DNA of 59,965 bases from Seison nebaliae (taxonomy: Eukaryota), in contig JALJEE010000343.1 in the NCBI GenBank assembly GCA_023231475.1, positions 62,001 to 121,965 of the forward strand. The letters run 5' to 3'. A program made the position numbers and the translations under genes. A model generated the notes under the pieces. That model was not told the origin of the DNA. It did no database searches and worked only from the letters and a program-made list of their open reading frames with translations. This document shows, piece by piece, positions 1 to 15,853 of this stretch. How positions within the stretch are numbered: position 1 is the first letter of the stretch; the number at the start of each line of letters is the position of its first letter.

Positions 1-101
1 TTCGAACGGTATTAATTGGAGAATTACCCGATTTTTTAGGGTCCCAAATAAACCGTTTAAAACATGGTAATATAAAAAAATGTAAAGTTCGTTCATTAAA
101 A

Positions 102-1312
102 ATGACATGTATCGATGCTGATGATTTAAGAAATATGGCTGGTGAATGGGCAGTCTTCTTAAAAGAAAGAACAGATGACGTTTTCCGCATCTGTTCCAAA
201 GGAAAAATTATTCCGACTAAAAAAATGTCGTTGGACAAACAATATAATTGGGTAGAAATTAGTGTGAATAATTTGAATAAACAATATCTGGGAAACGAAA
301 TAATTATTAAACGAGTTGACATCCATTATTTCGAACCGAGATTAATGCACCAATGGGTAGATAGTCATGTAGAAGTTGCTGAGCTCAGTTACCGCAACAT
401 TCTCGAAATTGATGTTTATCTCGAAAATTTCTTCAAAGAAGAAATGGATATCGCTCTCAAATTTCAATGTCGTAATTTTCCTTTTCGAAAAGAACAATTC
501 ACCACTCTATCTCATCAAGGAACGAAAAAATTCATTTTAATTATATCTCATCCACATATGAAGAAGGATCGGAAACTGAAGAAACTTAAGGAAATAATTT
601 GTCAAAGTTTTATTCAAATTTATTACTTAAATTTATTATTATTTAATAATTTAATTAATTTAATTCTTCCAGTTACAGTGATGGAACATCATAGAAGAAA
701 TATGATTTCTTTTCGAAATATTCGTCTTCCTGTAGAATTGCTTACATTGACATCAGCCATCCCAAAACTATGTACTTGTCAATATTTCTGTAGTTGTATT
801 GTTCATTTTAATATTTTTTTCCTTAATCTTAATTCAAATCTTATTAGTGTGCAGTGGATAAATTGACATTCTTTACTGGAAGTTTCCGATTAAAACCAAC
901 AGCAACTGATGATGAACATTCGTTGAGACAACGTCTAAATGATGCGAAAAAGAAATCATTGGAATTAATAGCTGATGATAGAAAAAATCATATCTGTAAC
1001 ATTACCGCCGTCCATATTATGGATGCGACGGAATTGATTTCGAGCGGTATGAAGAAATATATAAAAGAATCGATTCGTGGATTAGAAGTAGAACATTCGT
1101 CTCATCCATTACTCAACGATTTAACACAACTCGTTGTTGATAGTAATTATACAGGAATAATTAAACGAAGTATTATGAAAAATAATAAATATTTTATTAC
1201 CGTTCTCAACATGATTTACATCGTTCCTATGATACTTTTCGCGTTTGGAATGCAGAAAGCCGTTTGTGGATTCTTTTGGCCGTCAATTCTCCATTTGGGA
1301 ATTAGAAGTTAA
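102..1312 (+). CDS. Hypothetical protein with C-terminal hydrophobic (TM-like) segment; 3 exons (102-606, 673-800, 848-1312)
   Basis: ORFs 102..866 and 854..1312 join in frame through GT-AG introns 607-672 and 801-847. C-terminal FITVLNMIYIVPMILFAFG is hydrophobic. No family recognised. Confidence 0.55.
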
Positions 1313-1593
1313 TAATTACTTAAGAAATTTCTCTCATTTCTCATATTTAATTCCATCACAAAATTTTTAGGAGACAAAAAGTTCTTTTTATTTCCTCATT
1401 CAATTTCTAATTCATTATTAAAGGAAACGGATAACGACCAGCGATCTATATATAAATAACATTCTCTTTTTTCTCAACCTTCCGACGTTGTGGGCAAGAT
1501 TAAGAGAATATGGACAAACGAGACATATAATCGACTAAAGTTAAAATAGATTTAATGAAGAATTTGAGGTTGAAAGAAAACTAAAATAAAAAT

Positions 1594-2559
1594 TTATACA
1601 TTTAATCGAATTGATGGCATTCCTACTTGTCGTGTTTTCCGAGGTAGTCTCTCACATAATCCATCTGCTTTCGCCGAATAAGTTCGTTTATCCGTTCTCT
1701 TCAAATAATCCAAATGTCGTTGTCGTTGTTGATTAAGATGATTTTTTACATCCCATCTCAATTTCGAATGTTTCTCAGTTCCAATCAACGGATATTGTTT
1801 CCAACATTGGGCATAACCTTGATATCGTGTAACTGGATCTTGTCGTTTCGTATTCGTTCCAGGACATCGACGACCAGATACTGGTCGCTGAATAATACAC
1901 GATTGTTGATTGGTATAATCGTTATTGTTATTGTTACCAAATTGTGAGACATCATTAGCGGTAGACAACGAAGTTGCCGATTTATGACTACTTATCAATT
2001 TCCGTTTTAGATTGAGAGCTGATTTTGACATTTTACGATTATTATTTGTTTGAAATATCTGATCATCTATTGTCGTCGAGTCAGAAAAAATAGATTCGTC
2101 ATCAAAAGAATATTTTGATTTGAGAACATTCTTATTATTATCATTCTTATTTGGTTGTTTATTGAATTTTCTAGTAGAAACAGACGAACTCAATCCTCTG
2201 ATGTTACTCTGTTGTTGAGTTGGACGAATAGAATAAGTGGATGAATGAAACGAATCTCTATCGAATAATTCATTATCGTCCTCCACATGAGTATTATCTT
2301 CGAAAGATTTCCCGTTTTCAAAAGATGACTGAAAATCTAATGTTCTTGGCGAATGGAATTCGTAAGAGACTTGAGATTCGTTCCATGAATGATCTAATTT
2401 TCTTTCATTTGTTGATTCATCGTTAAACGATACGGATTCTTTCTCCTCGATATATTGAGCTAAATCCTCTCGGAAGTTCTTGAAACGATTAGGCGACAGA
2501 TTTTCATAACCCAATTCTTGTAATTGCCGTTTAATTTCGTCATCGGTGAAATGATTCAT
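1594..2559 (-). CDS. HYLS1: Hydrolethalus syndrome protein 1 homolog (centriole/cilium basal-body protein)
   Basis: C-terminal RQDPVTRYQGYAQCWKQYPLIGTEKHSKLRWDVK matches the HYLS1 box (DPVxRYxxYxxxW...LRW). N-terminal FTDDEIKRQLQELGY is also typical. Single exon. Confidence 0.85.
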   Translation of the reverse strand: MNHFTDDEIKRQLQELGYENLSPNRFKNFREDLAQYIEEKESVSFNDESTNERKLDHSWNESQVSYEFHSPRTLDFQSSFENGKSFEDNTHVEDDNELFDRDSFHSSTYSIRPTQQQSNIRGLSSSVSTRKFNKQPNKNDNNKNVLKSKYSFDDESIFSDSTTIDDQIFQTNNNRKMSKSALNLKRKLISSHKSATSLSTANDVSQFGNNNNNDYTNQQSCIIQRPVSGRRCPGTNTKRQDPVTRYQGYAQCWKQYPLIGTEKHSKLRWDVKNHLNQQRQRHLDYLKRTDKRTYSAKADGLCERLPRKTRQVGMPSIRLNV

Positions 2560-2784
2560 TATCTAAATGGCTTTTATTTATTTTTTCATGGAAACGAACG
2601 GAAAAAGTGATGAAAATGAAAAAAAAATGTATTTGGCTCTACCAAGTATAAAAGTTACATGAAGCCATCTTAATAAATTGTAGAGAGAACAGACAGAATT
2701 AGAAAAAGGAATTCAATTCGAAAATTTTAGTAGAAAGTGAATGTGAAAAATGGTGGGAAAATACGAAAGTTTGTCTTTTGATCG

Positions 2785-2797
2785 GTTGCTAGGCAGT
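2785..2797. promoter_or_regulatory. Candidate X-box (RFX site) upstream of HYLS1
   Basis: GTTGCTAGGCAGT is close to the canonical GTTGCTAGGCAAC and lies ~225 bp upstream of the HYLS1 ATG. A second partial site, TTTTCATGGAAAC, is at 2583-2595. Confidence 0.5.
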
Positions 2798-3278
2798 GGA
2801 CGGAAATAATTTGAAAAATCCGCCAATTTTAAATGGTTAAGCTTGAAATTTAATTTGAATGAAGAGAAAAGTAGAAATTATTTTTGTGAGAAAATGAAAA
2901 GTTTTTCATACGGAAAGAAGGAATTGAAATGTCAATTACAGTTACACATCCATGAAGGGAGTTGCTGCAGCAAATCGTGCCCGTACAAGTACGCTGCTGT
3001 AAAGAAAGCAAATCTCATATTAGAATATATATGTAGTAGCCATTACAATAGGAATATATGCATGTATGGACCTCACATTTTCTATCGAGAATTATAGATA
3101 ATGATAAACAGGATCGTTCGAGTCAATTCGACTACTTTTCTACTTTAGGGAAGGGATATATTCCTCATTCCTTTCTCTCTCCCTCATCCTCTTGCATCCT
3201 CATTATTTTTTGCTGAAGCAACATTCTTTCTATCTTTTCTTCACATCGCTCTCTTAAGCCTAATGCTGCGGAAGGGAC

Positions 3279-3308
3279 ATATATATATATATATATCTAT
3301 ATATATAT
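3279..3308. repeat. (AT)n microsatellite in the 14-3-3 upstream region
   Basis: atatatatatatatatatctatatatatat read directly. Confidence 0.8.
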
Positions 3309-3616
3309 GTATCTTTCGATTTTTCTCGAACTTTCTGCAATTCATTTCTTTAAAAGAAATTAGTTTTATTTTATTCATCATTTCTATTGGAAATGCTATG
3401 TTTATTTTCATTCAACAAATCTATTTGTTTATCTTTCCCTCTCCGTTTCAATTTCCTCATATTTTCAAAATCTTTTCTTTCTAATACTTATCGAAAGATA
3501 TTCTTCTATCTTTCAAATCTTTTCATAATTCTTTATATCCTTCTAATATTATATTTCTACCATTCTCTTATAGAATTCTTAAATTTTCAGTCTCTTGAGG
3601 TTTCCTTGTTCGAAGA

Positions 3617-5019
<1,403 letters not shown>

Positions 5020-6156
5020 ATGCGGTTCCGCGACATCGAGACATCCTTGCAATAAAATTGACGATGAATGGCATGTCAAATAATAAAAAAAAACAATTAA
5101 AAGATTTTAACATTGTACTTCAGCATCAGAATATGAGACACACAAACATTGATAAATGATTTCCTTAGTAAATGCTCAAAATTGTTTATTTCGAGATTGT
5201 CGGTTTCATCCATCAGTCCTTTGTGTTGTTCTCACAAAATAATATTTTTGTTATTCAATTTCCTCAAATTTTTACTATTTTTAATTTGTCAAATTTTCTA
5301 TTATGATTTGTATCAAGTTGGCCTGACATATATGTGACGGAAAGGAAACTAATCTTCTCACTGATTCTAGACAGTAATTCGAATCCTCTTCCAATAATAC
5401 ACTTTTGTTTGATGGAGATATTTGATGTTCATGAAAGTGAACATTAATTTGATATATTGATTCATAGTCTTTATACTTGACGATTTTTCGCATTATCATT
5501 TTCTTATCTTTTCCATTGCGTGTGTCTAATTCACAATTTTTTCATTTATCATTCATTCTTTTTCGCCACGACTACCACCAGTACACAATTTCCATACCAT
5601 CATTCAATCTTTCCAATCTAACAATTCGTCATCATACATCGCATATCTATCTCGTGTATGAAATTTCGTCAAATCCCAATTCTTATCTACGTTTAACATT
5701 GGACTAAATGGAATTGGTCAACTATATCATTATCTTTATATATATATCACCATATATTATAGAATGAATTTATTTCTCGTGTTCCAAATGTATAAGTTCC
5801 AGTTCAATCTTAACAGACATCGGTTATCGTCATTTCTTTTTCCTCCATTTTTAATTGTTCCATCATCATTTGATCCAATTATATTTTGTTCCAGGGCTTA
5901 TCTCATTATTTATTTATTTTCATCCTACTAACATGACTTGTTAACTGTATAGAGTTGAGCAAAGTGTTGAGCAACATATTAAAGATTGATAATTTACTTT
6001 TACTATGATAAATTTTCACGACAGTTTTAATTATCTACTAAAATTTTAATAGGAAATTTATTTTTAAGATTTGTTAAAATAGATAGAATTAAAGTAAAGA
6101 AATTAAATACATTACTATGCGAGAGATTAAAGGAATAAACGGCAGAATAATTCTGA

Positions 6157-6570
6157 ATTTTCGTTAAGTATTTTATTATTATTAATATTTATTATTAAAT
6201 TTCCCGCCGGGAGGAAGAAGAAAAAATAATTTTATCGTCTCCAACATCAATTAATTGTTGTAACTCCGCAAGAGATACTCGATCAATTGGCAGATATGAC
6301 GAAATGAATTGTGTAAAGGGTAACCGGACAGATTGTAATCGTATATAAAAATTATTGATATTATATTTATTTATATATATTTATAGAATTTATATATTTT
6401 TATATACCGTTACTATCTGTTCCCCAATCGCTTAAAGTCATCGAGATGAATATTACGAGATAATCCAAAATAGCGGATTGTATGAGAAAAGACGGAGTTA
6501 GAATGAAAGTAATATGTGTTCGAAATAGTAAATTACTAAATAGTAATTATTAAATAGCGGCGAAAATTAA
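6157..6570. mobile_element. Degenerate palindromic (MITE/foldback-like) element
   Basis: Nested imperfect inverted repeats: 6326-6352 vs 6396-6423, 6258-6270 vs 6491-6503, and ~6157-6197 vs ~6525-6568. Non-coding. Confidence 0.5.
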
Positions 6571-6891
6571 CGAACGATTACATCTATGGGAACAGCTAAC
6601 TATCCTGCTGATCAGATTGTAAGTCCAATCCATTGACAGAAATGAACGACGTGAGCAAAAAAATATAATCTCAAGAGAGTATAGTGGTAGTACTAAACTC
6701 CTGAGGATAGATAAAGGAAGTTTTAATGGAATAAATTTAGATTTTTGAGCGAAAGAAAAAAATTTACCACAGTGTCAGTTTTTTTAGTGGTCTATTTTTT
6801 GAATCACGAATTTACTTTACGGATTGGACCAGAAATAGAGGCTTTCATTGTCGATTCTTTATTATCATTCGTTATTGCAAAGTGAAACATG

Positions 6892-7027
6892 TATTATTAT
6901 TATTATTATTTATTAATCAAATTCCCGACGGGATAATAAAGAAAAAAGAGTAAAAAAATTTCGATCTTCGCCACTATTGATCAATCAGTGTAATTCTGCG
7001 AGAGATTCCAGATCGATTGGCATAGAT
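6892..7027 (+). repeat. Diverged direct copy of 6172-6297
   Basis: Both copies read tattattatt...ttcccg(c/a)cggga...gaaaaaa...tgtaa(c/t)tc(c/t)gc(a/g)agagat...gatc(a/g)attggca. Confidence 0.6.
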
Positions 7028-7983
7028 TCTGAGGGGTCTTAGGAGAAAATGAAGTCTCTGAAATTTTGTAGATTCATACTATGAGACAAACCGTACATTA
7101 TGTATGAAATGTAAAGTATTTACTATTTTGAAAATGTTTTATATTTTAATAATTATTATTTTAGTAGGTAAAGATTTAGTAATAGTTAATAATAATTAAT
7201 TATTATTATTATAATAGTTAATTTTTTTGTAATAAAGAACTATATAAATTCTTCATTGTCGGTATCTTTTGTAATCAATTCAATTTCAATGTTATTTGCG
7301 ACAAGTAGTTAAATCATGATATTAATCGTTGTGGTGTGGATGTTTACATATGTATTTGATTGGGTAACACTTGAAATCTATATTATGCGAACTTCCATTT
7401 TCATTAAATGACATGAAGTACCATCGTCACAAGTCGTTAATCAAAACGATTATTAGAGACCGGAACAATGCATGAATAATTTGAATGGAAAGTGACAATT
7501 TGATAGATAAAGAAAATTAATTTTGAGGAAGTGTTTGAATTCCCGCCAAATTTCCTAGCTTAAGCTTGTCATTTAACAAGAGAAATTCACCATTTAAAAG
7601 TTGCTAATGTGTTCTACAACAGATTAGTTAAAGCTTATTCAAGTGAATTGTACATTCCAGATAAGGGAAATCTCTCAGGTGTACACAAGAAGAAATTTTT
7701 TTCTGACAGATGGAACAAATGTCAATGTTTGCGTTAGTGAGACGCATATACGTTTGTTGACAAATGATAATTCAGAAGAAAAGAAGAAATTCATTAAATA
7801 ATCACAGAAATGAATAAAAATTTGAATGAGTAAGAAATACTTTTTATTGCAAGAGAGATAATTTCATCTGATAACCTTCGAGAGAGATGAGATAATTCTT
7901 GGCGTGATTCTTTATATTCATTCATTCATTCTGCTTCAACATTATTTTACCTCGTCTCCCCATCAAACAAAAACCATAAGACT

Positions 7984-10900
7984 ATGAAGCAATTTCGAAT
8001 AAGTTTTATCGTTTTCCTTTTCTCAATTTACATAAGTCAAATTGTCACCGTTCCAACCACGATCAATTATCTGGCAAAGATTGGTGGAATATTTGAATTG
8101 GAGATCAATGACAATCGGATATTTAATTTGGATATTAATGGAAAAACGATCGGAAGTAATTATGGTTCCCAGTTTCTCTATCCCACCGACTTGTTTCCCA
8201 ATATTAAGAGTCGAGGTGATCTTCTTCTCATTAGACTGGTTGATCAAACTTCCTTCGGAATCTACGATAAGGAGGAAGTGAAAAGTGATATTTATGAAGT
8301 GCATAATGTTATCGGAATAAATAAATTTGATTTTAATATCTCATCAACTCATTTCACTTTAACTCAAAATGACAATACACAATATCATTTGACAGCATTC
8401 TGTAAAATATCTTTTTTTGGAAATATATCAGCAATGGATTTCCAAGCTATTCTCGTTAATCAAGCGAATGAACCGATGAATACTACGATGGAAGTGATCG
8501 AATCAACTGCTTCTAACATCATCTGGAAATCGGAAGTTCCAGTTGAACCGAAATTGAATATGGAAAGATTAAAATGTCAATTGGAAGTTCCTGTCAATAT
8601 CAAAACGATTGATTTGCCATTACCCGTTATATCTGAAATGTCTTATCCCGCAATCGTTGTCGAATATCCACCACTCATCATTGGTGATGTGAATGAAAAA
8701 TTGAATTTTTTCGGAAATCAAACTCGTCTAACAATGAAATGTGAATCTGATGCCAATCCAAAACCGAATATCACACCAAACGGAATTCAATGGTTTAATT
8801 ATACTGAAGGAATGAATGGAGGTCGACTGACGAATTGTGCGAATCAAATAACTTGTCAAATTCAAAGTGATGTGAAAACATCGACAAGACCAAACGATTT
8901 TCATGAATTAACATTCCGTTGCGTTGTCTCCAACAGATTTGGTAAAGCAGAAAAAGAATTTAATGTCAATCGATTTTTTCAATGTTAGTCGATATTTTCA
9001 ATTTTTTTCGTCAATTTATTTTGTGTTATTTTGCTCCATAATTGATTGCTTCGCTTCTCCTTTTAAGTTGTGGAACCGACTACGACTATTGATCCGGTTG
9101 TTCTTTTTCAATTAAAATCTCAATCTCTAAAAACTCGACGATTATTTCAAAGTAATTTTTTTTTAATTTTCTTTTTCATTATCTATATTATTAATCTATA
9201 TCTATATTAATCAGAAAAATTAATTAAATTAATTTAGTTTTGTCTCTAATCCTCTAACAAATTGTGATAACTAATCTTTCTCTTTGAATTTCATTCACTT
9301 TCGCTTCAATGTTCGATCACTTTCATAATAATGTTTCTAGAGAACAGTTTTTTGTTATTTATTAATTTTTATTTGTTGTGATCAGATGCGAAACTAATTG
9401 ATCCGAGAAGTTAGTGTGAACAAATTAACTTTATTCTTTTTTTTCGAGAGAACTAACGAAGTCAAATCTGAATTTTATTGACAATTTATTCTGAAAAATT
9501 TATTCTGAAAATTTAGAAAATCGATTATTGCCATTATGGATTGTATTGGCCATTCTCGCAATCATAATAATTGGTGGATTGGTCGCATTCTTCATTCTCC
9601 AACGACGTAAGAAGACGAATGATGATGAATCGAATGGTAAAATGGATGATGATAAATCTGGTGGTCCATATACTCCCAACAATCGAATCATTTTGGAAAG
9701 GTAAAAATAAATTATCTCATTTTTTTTTCTTCAATTTCGTCTCATTTACTCATTTAATTTTCATTATCTCTTCTCTATTATTGATCGATTTGTGCTCTGT
9801 GTTTAATGATTTTCTGCTTTCTCTTTTCATGATTTGTGCTAATTAGTGACAATCCGACTATGAGTACTCTCCATCGGACGGCAACGATTTATCGAAATAA
9901 AGCAGCCGCTTTCAAATCATCACGACAAGGATCAGATGATAAAGCACCATTATCTGAAATGGCATTGAATGCACAAATCAATAATAATAACAATAACAAT
10001 AATAATGGAGATGGAATGAAATTTATGGATAATGAGAAACATGGAGGAATGTTGAGTCATTCGATTCTCGTATCGGATGATCCATTTATTTCAACGAATT
10101 CTTCTCATTATCCAAATCATCTCTCTCAAATGTCGAATGGAAACATTCAATCGAATGGACAGAAGAATGGTAACACGTTGTCATATGTTCGTTTGAATTC
10201 ATCTCCAAATTCTTCAAAGAAATGTATGTCCGTCTCGCCAACTGCTTTAAATTCTCAGATTGTAAGGAATTCGGATGATTCTCGCACATTTACAAATCAC
10301 GCTTTCTCATCTTCTTCTCCGCCTGAGCATGAGGAGGAGAATGCTTATCCTTCTCACAATAACAAAGTGAGGAAGAAACTCGAATTCCTCCAATCCAATT
10401 CTCGTCGTCACACCAGTGAGACATCGGTGAACGACGAGCCTATTGATTATAAGCCACATGTTGATTATCCTGATATTGTTAAGCGAACACCTGAAATGCT
10501 AAAATCTCGTATCTTTTCATCCGATGACAGATTCGATAGTGATCGTCGAGGAGAACATGATGTAAATTCTTATTTATCTAATCCGGTTAGTTCCATTCTT
10601 TCATTCCATAAGAAATTATTCTTGTCATTCCTATTAAGAAAGAAACGACGCATCTCAGCAATGGAAGCCCGGAAGAACAATTACTCTTCTCCAACCCGCC
10701 GTTATCCGGGGAGTATGGCAACCATCCACAACAACTACAACATCGACCACGAAATGTGAAAGGTTTTTATTTTCATCTATATTCAATTTTGATATATGTT
10801 TAAATTTCATTCAATTCATTAGATGTCACTTTTATTCAACCATCCCATCAATCACCACAACGATCTAAACCAACATTCCCATTACCATCAATCGACGTAG

Positions 10901-11175
10901 AAAAAGAACAAAACGCTCTCAATTTAATGTCGCCGACTCATGATGGTCTTGTTGCTCATATGAATAATTTAACACCTCCAATTAATGAGAATAATCAATC
11001 ATTCCGTCGATTTCTTCCATCCGATTCTTCGCCTAAATTTCAATCAAATTCCCATATGGGAAAAGCAACTCCCTTCCTCCAAGCAGCCCAACAACAATTA
11101 ACTCGTGAACCACTTTCTCATTCGATCGTCCAGACTCCTGAATATTTCGATGAGAATCGTGTTGTAAATATTTAA
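7984..11175 (+). CDS. Type I membrane Ig-superfamily adhesion/receptor protein with long disordered cytoplasmic tail
   Basis: Signal peptide MKQFRISFIVFLFSIYISQ; Ig-type CESDANPKP...W...FRCVVSNRFG; TM exon 9517-9700 (LLPLWIVLAILAIIIIGGLVAFFILQRRKK). Cytoplasmic exons ~9847-10585, ~10639-10762 and ~10823-11175 join in frame. Ends ENRVVNI, a possible PDZ ligand. Confidence 0.8.
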
Positions 11176-11732
11176 GAGGATTCTTTATTACATAAAAAAT
11201 CTTTACGAAAAAAATCTGCGTTTTGTAGGAGAGAAGTGCCGAATTCCTTTTTGTTTTCAATCTTTTAATTCTCATTCCATTCCAAATCACTAACATTTTA
11301 TTACATCATCTTTTTTTTTTTGTTATTTCAACTTTTTCCTACATTCCTTTTATTCGATTTATCAAAATTTCATAAGTTTACTTTCAATAAATTAATTCAA
11401 TTATTAATTCCAGCCATTCTATCATTGGCATCAGAATGCTTATATTTTAAAACTGGAACAAATCATTCAACTTCCTCAGAAATAGGAAATATTATACGAA
11501 TTCACTCCGTAAATACAAAAATCAATCAAATCAATACAAATGACGCAAATTTCAATTGTAAGTAAGAAAACTAATCTCTTGCAGTTGATAAATTTGCATG
11601 AAAATACAAGTTTTGATTACATAAAAATGGTGGGAGGAGAGAGGATTTTCTAAAAAATAATATCGACATTTTGGACGGTTATTAGAAAAAATAAGAATTT
11701 TCAGAAAAACTCATTCGACAAGTAGAAGAGAA

Positions 11733-15083
<3,351 letters not shown>

Positions 15084-15853
15084 AGGTATTCTATTAATTG
15101 ATATTAACGGAATGAACTTACTGAATTATTTTTCTGCTAATATGTTGATGTTATGATCACTTCACAGAAAATCGGCAAATCATAAAAACGTTTAATCAAA
15201 AATTTTATTTTGTATTGAAGATTGGTCATTGATTCACTTATATAAACATTGAAATGAAATGAAACATCAATGTGACGGGAATGAGTCAAAGTGTGGGATG
15301 TGCATTTTGTGATTTGGAGATCTAATGGAATTTTTGAAATTCTTTTCGTTTGTGATAACATTATCTCCTACCAATTATCTTAACACAAAGACATGAATTT
15401 TATATAAAAATAAGGAAACGATTTAATGTGTTGAGGAGGGATTTTTATCTGTAAGCAAAAAAAAGTTTTCTGATTTGTTGTAGAACTAAATTGTTAGAAT
15501 TGTTTCTGAAATTGATTGAGATAATAGCAATATGAATTGGAGAATGTATCTATATGTGTAAACTGTTTGTTTGAAGGGAAGAAAAATATGTTAGACAACG
15601 GACAGATAGATGTTTATCATCCAAATATCAGTAATATACATTATTTTTGTAGAATAGTGGACGAATCTATCTCTTTTTTCATATTCGACTAAATGTGGGA
15701 TAAAGTTTGTTTTGGATGATGAAGTTCTGATGTGTAAATTCGTTATGTAAAGAATAAAAGTGTTATTAACACAACATATGCATATCTCCGATGTTTAATG
15801 TTCCGAATAAGAATGAACGAATTTATTTGAATAGAACCAGTCTCTAAGAAAGA

